In this document: positions 21,170 to 30,744 of the stretch, one piece after another | Numbering within the stretch: position 1 is the stretch's first letter | How the letters are laid out: each line of letters starts with the position of its first letter | DNA from: Candidatus Limnocylindrales bacterium | Lineage (GTDB): Bacteria; Moduliflexota; Moduliflexia; Moduliflexales; JAUQPW01 | Direction of reading: 5' to 3' | Assembly: GCA_035559535.1 (NCBI GenBank) | Contig: DATMBG010000057.1 | Location: 1 to 57,675, forward strand | Length of the DNA stretch: 57,675 nt | Position numbers and translations under genes: made by a program | Notes under the pieces: model-generated | The model's input: only the letters and a program-made list of their open reading frames with translations | What the model was told of the DNA's origin: nothing | Databases searched by the model: none

Positions 21170-21485
21170 AGGTTAACTTTACAAGGTCATAATACATTGT
21201 TTATTTAATTTTGACCTTCTGGAGCTGCTTTCACTCCCCAACTCTCCTCTTCTACAGCGTGGGAGAGGAGCCGGGGGTGAGGGTTGCTTAAAAGTTAAGC
21301 AAAACTAAGTGTGAAGTTAATTCCGGGTAACTCTCTGTCCCCACCGCCAACCCCTCTCCCGAAGTTTCAGGAGAAGGGGCGCTGGGGGAGTTGATTAGGA
21401 GATTTGCTGGCTTCCTTTGTAGGAGAAGAGGAGCTGGGGGTGAGGGCAGAAAGGGTTATTCAAACTTAACTTTACAGAGTAATAA
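21170..21485. repeat. Cluster of REP-like CCCCTCTCC..GGAGAGGGG hairpins with TTAACTTTACA motifs
   Basis: ctccccaactctcctc..gggagaggagccgggggtgaggg, cccctctcccg..caggagaagggg, and gaagaggagctgggggtgaggg; ttaactttaca at about 21173 and 21466, inverted tgtgaagttaa at 21310. Confidence 0.55.
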
Positions 21486-21492
21486 TTAATTT

Positions 21493-22779
21493 ATGTATGA
21501 CCCCTCTATAACCCGCCGCCAGTTTATGAAAAAAGCCGCCGGTACTGCCCTGGGCTTATCCAGCTTTTCTATCTTTCAGCCCTCCCGGGTCACATCGGCC
21601 ACTCCCGAGTTGACGGTACTAAGTTGGAACCATTTTGTACCAACTTCTGATGATAAGTTGAGGGAACAAGCCGCCAGATTTGCTAAAGAACACGGCGTTA
21701 TCGTTCGGATAGATACCATAGCCCATCTGCAAATCCCTGTTAAATTGGCCGCAGAAATCCATGCTCAGACCGGACATGACATTGTCTGGCTATTTAGAGC
21801 TGCTCCCTGGCTCTACCAGGAACAGTTAATCGATGTAGATGAGGTCATCGAAGATCTGGGTGAAAAACACGGAGGATGGTATCCCTTTGTCAGGGAAGCG
21901 TCCTTTGTTAAAGCTTCCTGGAAAGCGGTTCCCTGGTTTTGGATATCTGCACCGGGCTTATATCGGGAAGATCTGTTTGGTCAGGCCGGACTCCAGGTTC
22001 CCCAGCGTTGGGAGGATGTTTTAAATGTCGGACGGATCTTGAAGAAAGAAGGACATCCCGTTGGAATCCCCATCAGTCAGTGTAACGACGCTATCGGTTC
22101 CTTCTGGTCTATTCTATGGGGATTTGGGGGAAAGGTTCTGGAACCAGACGGGAAAACCCTGGCCTTGAGTTCTCCTGAAACAGAAGCAACTCTGGCATAT
22201 TATAAAAGTCTGTACGAGGAAGCCATGGAACCAGAGGTTCTTTCCTGGGATGATGCCAGCAATAACCGATTTCTGCTGTCCGGAAAAGGTTGCTGGATCC
22301 ATAATCCTATCAGTGCCTATGCAACGGCTGTTGAAAAGAAAATGGCTATTGCCGATAAAATCGGAATTCATTCGGCATTGGCCGGACCGGCGGGAAAATA
22401 TGGGGTAGTGGGAACCGCCGGTTTAGGAATCTGGAAGTTTTCAAAGAATCAAGAGCTGGCTAAAACCTTTATCAAATATCTCCTGCAACCCGAAAATTAC
22501 ACCGAATGGATTGTGGCAAGCCGTGGATTTAACCATGGTCCCCTTCGGATGTATGAGAATCACCCTATCTGGACGGAGCATCCGAAAATGAAGATTTTAC
22601 CCGGAGAAGCTCAATTTGCCCATATCCCGGGCTGGCCTTCTCCTCCAAATGCCCATATGGAACGCATTAACGAACTGTTCATCCTACCCAATATGGTTGC
22701 CAGGGTGGTCACGGGAACACCTATTAAAACGGCTATAACCTGGGCAGAGGAGCAGATCAGAAATGTTCTGGAGAGTTAG
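21493..22779 (+). CDS. Tat-exported extracellular solute-binding protein (family 1, sugar ABC type)
   Basis: SITRRQFMK twin-arginine signal; SWDDASNN, YREDLF..AG; no permease adjacent. Confidence 0.85.
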   Translation: MYDPSITRRQFMKKAAGTALGLSSFSIFQPSRVTSATPELTVLSWNHFVPTSDDKLREQAARFAKEHGVIVRIDTIAHLQIPVKLAAEIHAQTGHDIVWLFRAAPWLYQEQLIDVDEVIEDLGEKHGGWYPFVREASFVKASWKAVPWFWISAPGLYREDLFGQAGLQVPQRWEDVLNVGRILKKEGHPVGIPISQCNDAIGSFWSILWGFGGKVLEPDGKTLALSSPETEATLAYYKSLYEEAMEPEVLSWDDASNNRFLLSGKGCWIHNPISAYATAVEKKMAIADKIGIHSALAGPAGKYGVVGTAGLGIWKFSKNQELAKTFIKYLLQPENYTEWIVASRGFNHGPLRMYENHPIWTEHPKMKILPGEAQFAHIPGWPSPPNAHMERINELFILPNMVARVVTGTPIKTAITWAEEQIRNVLES

Positions 22780-22966
22780 AAAACTTAATCCGACTTCTCT
22801 TTAGAGACCGGGTTTTGTAAAAGTGAGGAGTAGACTGATCTTGTGGTTGACAAGTCTGCATTTGAGGCCTATCGTTTAAAAACAAGAATTTATTATTTCC
22901 AAAGCGAGTCATGTTGCTAACCGTACTGAAAGAATGGGGACTCATTTAATGGAGGATCGCTTTGAG

Positions 22967-22989
22967 GTAGGTCAAACGTCCCGTTTGAT
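22967..22989 (+). repeat. GTAG-type REP copy 1
   Basis: GTAGGTCAAACGTCCCGTTTGAT; related copies at 27286-27308 and 57000-57022. Confidence 0.65.
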
Positions 22990-22996
22990 GGAAGAG

Positions 22997-23029
22997 AACC
23001 TTTCCAAGATTCCGAACCCTGGAAAGGTT
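22997..23029. terminator. Hairpin between convergent SBP and lysA genes
   Basis: aacctttcca / tggaaaggtt 10-bp stem. Confidence 0.5.
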
Positions 23030-23043
23030 ACAGAGTCTTTTTC

Positions 23044-24303
23044 CTACACTTTGTGAAATTGGGGAATTTCCTCCCCTGCTATCAGATCTTCGTATCGTTC
23101 CCGCCGTCGCACAATATGAAAAGAGTCTCCGTCAACCAGGACTTCTGGAACCCGAGGTCTAGAGTTGTAATTTGAAGACATGACAAAGCCGTAAGCTCCT
23201 GCGCTCATAAGTGCCAATAATTCACCGGGTTGAACATCTGGAAGTTCGCGGTTTTTTGCCATGAAGTCGCCGGATTCGCAGATGGGACCTACTACATCAG
23301 CCTTAATGAGAGGTCGCTCTCTTTTTACCACCGGAATGATCTCGTGATAGGAACCGTACAAACTCGGACGAACCAGATCGTTCATGGCAACATCGACAAT
23401 CTTAAAGTGTTTTCCTTCATTGATTTTGTCGTACAGAACCCGGGTGACCAGGATTCCTGCATTCCCCACAATGACTCGACCCGGCTCAAAGATGAAAGTA
23501 TAGGGGGCTTTTTTCATCATGGGAACCAAAACTTCTCCCAGTTCTCTGGGATGGGGAGGAGATTCATCCCGGTACCGGATTCCCAGACCACCTCCGATAT
23601 CCATATATTTGATGTCAAGACCCATATTTCGAACTTCTTCCACAAAGGAAAGAAGCTTCTCTAGGGCATCCAGGAAAGGTTGAATTTTGGTAATTTGAGA
23701 GCCGATATGGGAAGAAACTCCCACCACCTGGATATTTGGATAATCCTTGATAGACTTTAACATATCCAGGGCGACCGACATGGAGATCCCGAATTTATTT
23801 TCTCGCAGCCCTGTTGAGATATAGGGATGGGTTTTCGGATCTACATCGGGATTAATGCGAGGGGAGATAGGAGCCTTCCGGTGGAATTCTCCAGCTATTT
23901 GGTCGATAAAAGCCAGTTCTTGTGGAGATTCCACGTTAAAACTCAGAATCCCTGCCTGAAGGGCCTCTTCAATTTCCTTACGGGTTTTACCGACCCCAGA
24001 AAAAACGATCTTTGAGGCGGGAATCCCGGCTTTCAAACACCTGTATAACTCGCCCCCTGAGACGATATCGGCCCCGGAACCCTCATCGGCCAGAACCTTC
24101 AAGACGGCTAAATTAGAATTTGCCTTCATGGCAAAACAGACCATATGGGGAACTTCTTGAAAAGCCGAATCAAAGGCCCGATAATGCCGGATTAGAGTCC
24201 GACGACTGTAAATGTAAACCGGGGTGCCAACTGCTTCAACAATCTTTTCAATGGGAACCTCTTCGCCATAGAGGATATTATTCTTATACTCGAAATAGTG
24301 CAT
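23044..24303 (-). CDS. lysA: Diaminopimelate decarboxylase
   Basis: FAMKANSN, HPYISTG..KFG, HIGSQ, EPGR, GPICESGD, AGAYG; start reset to MHYFEY (24303) because the longer ORF reads through a repeat. Confidence 0.95.
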   Translation of the reverse strand: MHYFEYKNNILYGEEVPIEKIVEAVGTPVYIYSRRTLIRHYRAFDSAFQEVPHMVCFAMKANSNLAVLKVLADEGSGADIVSGGELYRCLKAGIPASKIVFSGVGKTRKEIEEALQAGILSFNVESPQELAFIDQIAGEFHRKAPISPRINPDVDPKTHPYISTGLRENKFGISMSVALDMLKSIKDYPNIQVVGVSSHIGSQITKIQPFLDALEKLLSFVEEVRNMGLDIKYMDIGGGLGIRYRDESPPHPRELGEVLVPMMKKAPYTFIFEPGRVIVGNAGILVTRVLYDKINEGKHFKIVDVAMNDLVRPSLYGSYHEIIPVVKRERPLIKADVVGPICESGDFMAKNRELPDVQPGELLALMSAGAYGFVMSSNYNSRPRVPEVLVDGDSFHIVRRRERYEDLIAGEEIPQFHKV

Positions 24304-24312
24304 AGGTTTAAG

Positions 24313-24432
24313 ATGTAGGGGAGTGTGGGAGTAGGGGAGTGTGGGGGTATGGGGGTGTGGAGGCATAGGTAAGTCCCCCTCACTTCCATACTTCCATACT
24401 TCCATACCCCCACACCCCCGTACTTCTACACT
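24313..24432. repeat. Inverted octamer tandem array (GGAGTRTG family)
   Basis: ggagtgtg ggagtagg ggagtgtg ggggtatg ggggtgtg ... cttccata cttccata cttccata cccccaca cccccgta cttctaca. Confidence 0.85.
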
Positions 24433-24438
24433 CTTCTT

Positions 24439-27225
24439 TCATTCTTCAGGTGTGGTATTGATTTCCAAAATATTTGAATCCTTACTTTCATTGGGTGGTG
24501 AGGCATTATCTACAGCAGTCACTTTATAGTAGTAGATTTTATTTCGTTCAACATTAAAATCCCGATAAGAAGCCTGAGGAAAGGGCTCATCGTTTAATTG
24601 AACGTAGCCATCTTCCCGGGGGGTTAGCAGGCGGCAGATACCTGTCCGAGCATCGGGTAAGTACCATTTACAAAAGGTCAGAGCCAGAAGGTCTAAGGAT
24701 AAATTTGATTTAGACTGTTTTCTAAGTAGAATCTCCTCTGGAGTCGCGCGGTAAATATTGTACCCAATAAAATCTCTCTCTCGATTTGGGTTCCAATATA
24801 AGCGTACAGAATCTTCTAGAAAGGTACCGCTAAGTCCGGTCGGAGGGGCCGGAGGAATAAGATCTCGTGGAGTTGCCTGCACTTCCCGGGAATTAGCACT
24901 CTCATGGGGAGGATTTCCAGGCTCACTGACCGTTCTAATTACGTAATAATAAGTTTGTCCGTTTTGGAGAGGAGCGTCTGTCCACTCAGTGTCCGTGAGA
25001 AGAGTTGTATTAACGGGTTTATCTGGATATTGACCCGATGTCGTAGATCGATAAACATTGTAACCTGCCAAAGACCTGAGCTTAAAACCGTCCTTGGTAA
25101 AAAAAACTGGCTGCCATTGAAGAATTACCTTCCCATCATCGGCTTTAGCCATAACTCTGGACGGTGGGGCAGGATCTCTCGAGATCTGAACGGTAACCAG
25201 ATTGGATTTATCGCTCAGCTTTCGTTTACCTAAAGTGCTTATAACATAATACTCATACTTTGCTTGAGGTTTTACCTCAATATCTGGAAGCTGTTTTCTT
25301 TCTGAATCCCCTATCATTTTTTTGATAAGATCTTTCAATTCTACATGGACCAATTGCCCGGTATCTATAAATTTAACCCGACCTTTTTCAATACGAGCGG
25401 GTTCCGGGCGGTCCAGATGAATGACGGCAAGTTTAATGGGATCCAGACTCTTCTCTTTACCTTCCGGTAAGGCTTCATAGGAGACAAAGGTCGAGGTAGA
25501 TCCCGAATCTGTTTCCGAGGCCTGTTTAGTGAGAACTGCCTCTCGTATTTCTTGATCTGACGGCGTTGTACTCTCTTTAGAGGAAGATACCATGGTTAAA
25601 AATTTTGGAGAAACGGTTTTACCAGGTGAAGGAGACGAAGGGAAGGTTTCCGTATCCCGATCCGGTTTCTGATCCTCATCCTGGGAGAACTTATCTGCGA
25701 AGGTCATGGAACCATCAACTGGAAGATTGGAGGTTGAAGACAAGGGTTGAATATAATCTATAAATACTTCTCGCTCACCTTTCACAGGGGGAAAGAGCAG
25801 ACCGATTCGTCTGACCTTTCCGGTCCAACCTGGTAAGGTAGACAGGTTAAACCGATAAATTACATAAGTATTCAGATGAGGAATAGAAAACTGAATCCGA
25901 TGGGGTGTGACCAGGGTGGAAAACTCCTTATTGTAGGAGGTATAAACTGCCGGAACATATTGCTGCTGCAAATCCAAATCCCATTGAGAAGCATTCTCCG
26001 GCTGAAACATCAAGTAACCCTCTCCTCCCTGGCTTACTTTCAGGCGGATTTCGATTTGATCGAATTTACTCGTATCTAAAGCGATTCCATCCCGGGAAGT
26101 CAAGAATATGGGAGTATTTTGAGACTTCGCATAGAGAAAACCTTTAGCCGCCCCGAAGACGATAGGTTGGAGAGGCGACTGGTCGGTCGCCCGTACCAGG
26201 GAGTCTGAGGGACCGGGAGATCCTTGAAGATTTTCATACTGCCGTTCTCCCACAGGAATAAGCTTACAGCAAGGGGATCCTTCCACGGGTTGGACAGACC
26301 AGCCCTCTTCATCTTCTATAAAGAGCCAGGGAGGTCGTTCATACGGAGTTGCCAATGGCTCTTTACCTTGATCGGTACGAATGTAATCGATCTCGATTTC
26401 TCGATCCCCATTTGGAGGAGATAGGGCAGTTATTTCCCTTTTCGCCTCTTCTCCCCTTCTTCCTTTTTCCTTTTCCTTCTTTTCCCTGGCTTTGGTGGAT
26501 AAGAGTTCGGTCGTAAGAGTTTCCTCTGGCTGGGGTTCGCGGGAATAGACCAACAACAGACCAACTTGAGTGATATTTCCTGTCCAGGCAGGAACCGTAC
26601 TCATATCCAGCGTATACTCATGAAAATAAGGATCATCGGCTAGTATAAACTTCTTTTGCTTAAGAGGAGCCAAATTTGATGAATAGGTTGCAAAGGAAGT
26701 ATAAACCGAGGGAATATACTCTCGATTAATATCTAAATCCCATACCTTATCTGCTTCTGTAATAAACAGAAAATATCCTTCCAGGCTATTCCTGGCTCTT
26801 AATCGAATCCGGATATACTTTGTAGTTGTTGCATCGATTAGAGGTTTACCTTCTCTAGAAACCATGAAAGCGCGGTTGCCTTCTCTTAATACGGTCCGCA
26901 AAATTCCTTCATGAACCTTAAAAGGGGCCAGGGATCCTTTAGGAGTCCATCCTTCGGGATCTTTGGAAAATTCCCAGGGTGGAAAAGGAGGGATCTCCCT
27001 TCGATATACCTCAAAGGTTTTAAGGCCACGGAGCTCTCGACCCTTAGTATCCACGGTCGGAATAGTCCATTCCAGTTGAACGTGCCCATCTTGAACCACT
27101 GCAGTAAGATCTGTAATATTCGCCGGTACGACAGGTGCCGGCGCCTTTGGTGGCCCTGCCCGACCACAGCTTATATTTATTAAGCTTACAAAAAATACTA
27201 AAATACCAATAAGCCGCAAATCCAC
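24439..27225 (-). CDS. Large lipoprotein with fibronectin type III domains and two duplicated jelly-roll-like domains
   Basis: Lipobox NISC20 followed by GRAGPPKAP; FN3 patterns (LQWQP..GYNVYRS..YYYVI; YWNP..GYNIYR..YYYKVTAVD); internal duplication. Confidence 0.8.
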   Translation of the reverse strand: MDLRLIGILVFFVSLINISCGRAGPPKAPAPVVPANITDLTAVVQDGHVQLEWTIPTVDTKGRELRGLKTFEVYRREIPPFPPWEFSKDPEGWTPKGSLAPFKVHEGILRTVLREGNRAFMVSREGKPLIDATTTKYIRIRLRARNSLEGYFLFITEADKVWDLDINREYIPSVYTSFATYSSNLAPLKQKKFILADDPYFHEYTLDMSTVPAWTGNITQVGLLLVYSREPQPEETLTTELLSTKAREKKEKEKGRRGEEAKREITALSPPNGDREIEIDYIRTDQGKEPLATPYERPPWLFIEDEEGWSVQPVEGSPCCKLIPVGERQYENLQGSPGPSDSLVRATDQSPLQPIVFGAAKGFLYAKSQNTPIFLTSRDGIALDTSKFDQIEIRLKVSQGGEGYLMFQPENASQWDLDLQQQYVPAVYTSYNKEFSTLVTPHRIQFSIPHLNTYVIYRFNLSTLPGWTGKVRRIGLLFPPVKGEREVFIDYIQPLSSTSNLPVDGSMTFADKFSQDEDQKPDRDTETFPSSPSPGKTVSPKFLTMVSSSKESTTPSDQEIREAVLTKQASETDSGSTSTFVSYEALPEGKEKSLDPIKLAVIHLDRPEPARIEKGRVKFIDTGQLVHVELKDLIKKMIGDSERKQLPDIEVKPQAKYEYYVISTLGKRKLSDKSNLVTVQISRDPAPPSRVMAKADDGKVILQWQPVFFTKDGFKLRSLAGYNVYRSTTSGQYPDKPVNTTLLTDTEWTDAPLQNGQTYYYVIRTVSEPGNPPHESANSREVQATPRDLIPPAPPTGLSGTFLEDSVRLYWNPNRERDFIGYNIYRATPEEILLRKQSKSNLSLDLLALTFCKWYLPDARTGICRLLTPREDGYVQLNDEPFPQASYRDFNVERNKIYYYKVTAVDNASPPNESKDSNILEINTTPEE

Positions 27226-27285
27226 TTAAACCCAAACCGATGGAAAAACAGGAGGGCAGGAAATAGAGTATGTCATTTTCTATAC

Positions 27286-27308
27286 ATTAAATGAGACGTT
27301 TGACCTAC
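27286..27308 (-). repeat. GTAG-type REP copy 2
   Basis: Minus strand GTAGGTCAAACGTCTCATTTAAT. Confidence 0.55.
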
Positions 27309-27327
27309 TCCCCCATTTCCCCATCTT

Positions 27328-28731
27328 TTATTCCCTGTGCTTCTGTCTCTCCAGGTCTCCCAGCCGCTTTTTGGCCTCTTCAATGGCCTTTACGACACAC
27401 TCCCGAGCCGTACCTCCCCGGCTCTTTCGGCTGTTGATAGATTCTGAAACTTGAATGACCTGGAGGATATCAGAATCAAAATCCTTGGAAAACTTGTGAA
27501 ATTCTTCTAGATCTAAATCTAGAAGCTTTTTCCCCTGCTCCAGGCAGTAGCGGATAAGGTTTCCGGTAATTTCGTGGGCTACCCGGAAGGGAATACCTTT
27601 TCGAACCAGATAATCTGCCACATCGGTGGCGGTAGAAAATCCATCGTTTGCCGCCTGAAAGGTTCTGGATCGATTCACTTTGATTTCTAAAAGAAGTTCA
27701 GAAAGAATTTGTAAAGAAGCTTTTACGGTATCGATCACTTCGAAGATGGGTTCCTTATCTTCCTGCATATCCCTGTTATAGGCTAAAGGGAGAGACTTCA
27801 TGGTCGTTAAGAGGGAGATGAGAGCTCCATAGACCCTTCCGGTTTTCCCCCGGATGAGTTCAGGTACGTCCGGGTTTTTCTTTTGAGGCATGATACTACT
27901 TCCCGTACAGAAGGCATCACTCAATTCGATAAAACCAAACTCGGCAGAGGACCATAAAACCAACTCTTCACAGAGTCGACTCAAGTGCATCATCACCAGG
28001 GAGGCGGCCGAAGCTGTCTCAATAACAAAATCCCGATCACTCACCGCATCAATACTGTTTCTGGAAACTTCTTGAAATCCCAACTCCCAGGCCACAAACT
28101 CCCGGTCAATAGGAAAAGAAGTACCGGCCAATGCGGCGGAACCTAAAGGTAACACATTCACTCGCTTTTGACAATCTTGAAAGCGCTCCTTATCCCGTTC
28201 CAGCATCTCAAAGTAGGCCATTACATGATGGGCAAAAAGGATGGGTTGTGCTCTCTGCAGGTGGGTATAACCCGGCAGGATGACCTCTAAATTATTTTCG
28301 GCTAACGTCAGCAGGGAAAGCTGAGTTTGTTGAATGAGATCAATGAGTTGCTGGATTTCCTCTCTTAGATAAAGTCTGAGATCCAGGGCGACTTGATCAT
28401 TTCGGCTTCTGGCGGTATGAAGCTTACCACCTACCTCTCCGATTTTCTCGATAAGGCGTCTTTCAATAGCCATATGGATATCTTCTAATTCTGTCAAAAA
28501 GGCAAACTCACCCCGCTGGATTTCGGCCAGTATTTCTTCCAGGCCTTGAACGATCTGTTTAGATTCGGCTTCCGTAATAATCCCGCATTTTCCCAGCATC
28601 CTGGCATGGGCAATGCTTCCCTGGATGTCCTGTTTGTAAAGCCGTTTATCGAAATGGATGGAAGCCGTAAATTCTTCGACGATTTTAGAAGTGTCCCGGG
28701 TAAATCGTCCCCCCCATGGTTTTTGAGACAA
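27328..28731 (-). CDS. argH: Argininosuccinate lyase
   Basis: [37 protein letters not shown]. Confidence 0.97.
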   Translation of the reverse strand: MSQKPWGGRFTRDTSKIVEEFTASIHFDKRLYKQDIQGSIAHARMLGKCGIITEAESKQIVQGLEEILAEIQRGEFAFLTELEDIHMAIERRLIEKIGEVGGKLHTARSRNDQVALDLRLYLREEIQQLIDLIQQTQLSLLTLAENNLEVILPGYTHLQRAQPILFAHHVMAYFEMLERDKERFQDCQKRVNVLPLGSAALAGTSFPIDREFVAWELGFQEVSRNSIDAVSDRDFVIETASAASLVMMHLSRLCEELVLWSSAEFGFIELSDAFCTGSSIMPQKKNPDVPELIRGKTGRVYGALISLLTTMKSLPLAYNRDMQEDKEPIFEVIDTVKASLQILSELLLEIKVNRSRTFQAANDGFSTATDVADYLVRKGIPFRVAHEITGNLIRYCLEQGKKLLDLDLEEFHKFSKDFDSDILQVIQVSESINSRKSRGGTARECVVKAIEEAKKRLGDLERQKHRE

Positions 28732-28739
28732 GTTAGAGA

Positions 28740-28800
28740 AAGTACCGGGTACTGAGTGCTGAGTTTTTCTATCCTGCTCAGGACTCCGTACTCAGTACTT
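28740..28800. repeat. Inverted heptamer tandem array
   Basis: aagtacc gggtact gagtgct gag ... ctcagga ctccgta ctcagta ctt. Confidence 0.7.
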
Positions 28801-28805
28801 AATGG

Positions 28806-29474
28806 TTAAACTATCCAGTTTTCTTCTCGATAACACATTTCCCAAAACATATATTCATAGCGGCTGCTGACGAGGAATTGTTCTTCCATTCTGGCCAGAT
28901 TCTTTTCTTTCTCCCCTTCTGCCAGGGTATTCATCAGATCAGAGAGTCCCTGTGCCAGCGCCCCAAACTCTTGGGAAGAATACATCTGAATCCATTCCTG
29001 GTAAAGAGGTTGAAGGGGAGGTTTTCCGGTTTGGGCGAGATGGTTGCCGATCTCCCAATATCCCAGTTGGCAGGGAAGAATTGCAGAAATTAAATCTCCC
29101 AGGGTTCCTGTTTCGGCCACGTGTAATAAGTGACGGGTATAAGCGTGGGTAGTGGGCGCCATGGAAGTGCATTCTAATTCCTCGGGAGTGATTCCGAATT
29201 TCCTGGCATATCCCCGATGGAGATCCATCTCCACGGTAAGGGTTGCGTGTAAAAGCTGTGCGAACTTTCCCATCGTAGGAAGATCTGGGGCTTTAGCCAC
29301 GGCTAAGGCGAAAACCCTACAATACTCGATGAGGAAGAGGTAATCCTGACCCATATAAAACTTGAATTTTTCCACGGGCAAAGTTCCATCGCCGATTCCC
29401 TTAACAAAGGGATGTTGCAACTCCTTTTCCCAGATAGGGGCTGCTTTTTGTCGGAGTCTATCGGTAAAAAGCAT
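28806..29474 (-). CDS. tenA: Thiaminase II / TenA
   Basis: HPFVKGIGDGTLP, FYMGQDYLFL, LPC, YQEWIQMY, SSRYEYMFW; ATG 29474. Confidence 0.92.
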   Translation of the reverse strand: MLFTDRLRQKAAPIWEKELQHPFVKGIGDGTLPVEKFKFYMGQDYLFLIEYCRVFALAVAKAPDLPTMGKFAQLLHATLTVEMDLHRGYARKFGITPEELECTSMAPTTHAYTRHLLHVAETGTLGDLISAILPCQLGYWEIGNHLAQTGKPPLQPLYQEWIQMYSSQEFGALAQGLSDLMNTLAEGEKEKNLARMEEQFLVSSRYEYMFWEMCYREENWIV

Positions 29475-29486
29475 GGGGTTAGAATC

Positions 29487-29540
29487 CAAGGTCAGAAGCC
29501 GAAAATTAGAAGTTTTTTACTCTGATTTCCGGCCTCTGAC
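29487..29540. repeat. Inverted heptamer array
   Basis: aaggtca gaagccg aaaatta gaag ... ctctga tttccgg cctctga c. Confidence 0.55.
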
Positions 29541-29556
29541 GGGCTTCTACTTTTGT

Positions 29557-30654
29557 TTAATCCGGTACCAGTGCTACTCGAATGACCTGACGCTGAAAGG
29601 CCTTTTCAAACGCCTGGTTGATATCGGTTAGCTTGAACTTATGAGAAATGATCTTTTGATAGGGGTATTTATGAAGTGTTCTCTTCAGAAAACCCAGGGT
29701 ACGTGGAATGACCCAGGGTTCGTAAACAATGACACCCAGAATGGTTTTAGCCCCCCGTACGGCCTGAGCCGGGTCTATTTCTCCTTTAAGTCCCAGGTTA
29801 ATATTTCCGATCCAAAGATATCTTCCGCCGGGTCGAAGCATTTCCAGGCCTTCTTCGAGGACTACGGGAGATCCTACGAGTTCGGCCACCACATCTGCTC
29901 CGATATTTCGGGTGAGGTTTTTAATTTCGGCCACCCGGCTCTTACTATCTGTTTCATCGGCATTAATCACATGATCTGCTCCGAACTCCCTGGCCAGTTC
30001 TAAGCGATCCTTCAACTTATCGATCACGATGACCTGTCCGGCTCCCATTTCTTTGGCAATTGCAGTAGCGTAAAGTCCCAGACCTCCGGCACCCTGAACA
30101 ACCACTGTATCCCCCAGCACCACACCTATTTTATAAAGACCATAGACGAGTTGAGCAAAGGCACAGTTAATAGGGGATACCACCTCATCAGGTAATTCAT
30201 CGGGTACTTTAAAAAATACCTGACCCGGTCCCATATAGTAATACTCTCCAAAAGCCCCCACGAAATGAGGGGGTTCCTCACAGGATACTCCCAGCCAATG
30301 TTTATAACGGTTGGGGCATCCTGGTTGTCCGGTTAAACAGGCCCAGCATTTACCACAGGGACGGAAGTAAGAGTAAACCACGCGGTCTCCGACTTTAACA
30401 GGCTCTCCCAGACTGTCGGTTTTAACATTTTCACCCAACGCATAGATCCTACCCGTCATTTCATGCCCCAGGATCTGGGGAATACCACTTGGAATTCCGG
30501 GTCCCAATCCTTTCAGGAAGTGCAGATCAGAACCACAGATGTTGGCCATGGTAATTTTTAATACAAGGGAATTGGGATCTGGAGTAGGCACGGGATATTC
30601 TCGAATTTCTAAAGGTTTTCCTACTCCTGTAAAAACGGCGGCTTTACCTTTCAT
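29557..30654 (-). CDS. Zinc-dependent medium-chain alcohol dehydrogenase
   Basis: ICGSD, LGHE, CGKCWAC..C structural Zn, GAGGLG. Confidence 0.9.
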   Translation of the reverse strand: MKGKAAVFTGVGKPLEIREYPVPTPDPNSLVLKITMANICGSDLHFLKGLGPGIPSGIPQILGHEMTGRIYALGENVKTDSLGEPVKVGDRVVYSYFRPCGKCWACLTGQPGCPNRYKHWLGVSCEEPPHFVGAFGEYYYMGPGQVFFKVPDELPDEVVSPINCAFAQLVYGLYKIGVVLGDTVVVQGAGGLGLYATAIAKEMGAGQVIVIDKLKDRLELAREFGADHVINADETDSKSRVAEIKNLTRNIGADVVAELVGSPVVLEEGLEMLRPGGRYLWIGNINLGLKGEIDPAQAVRGAKTILGVIVYEPWVIPRTLGFLKRTLHKYPYQKIISHKFKLTDINQAFEKAFQRQVIRVALVPD

Positions 30655-30662
30655 TTCAAAAA

Positions 30663-30731
30663 AAATCCAAAGTCCAGAATCCAGAGTCTAAAGTTCCGAA
30701 GAACCGGAAACTTTGGACTCCGAACTTTAGA
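30663..30731. repeat. Inverted heptamer tandem array
   Basis: aaatcca aagtcca gaatcca gagtcta aagttcc ... actttgg actccga actttag. Confidence 0.75.
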
Positions 30732-30744
30732 ATGATTTTTAGAT

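Noticed and set aside
24304-24413. N-terminal extension of LysA (ORF-track start 24405) and overlapping small ORFs
   Set aside because: Translation of the octamer hairpin; the LysA-like sequence starts at MHYFEY
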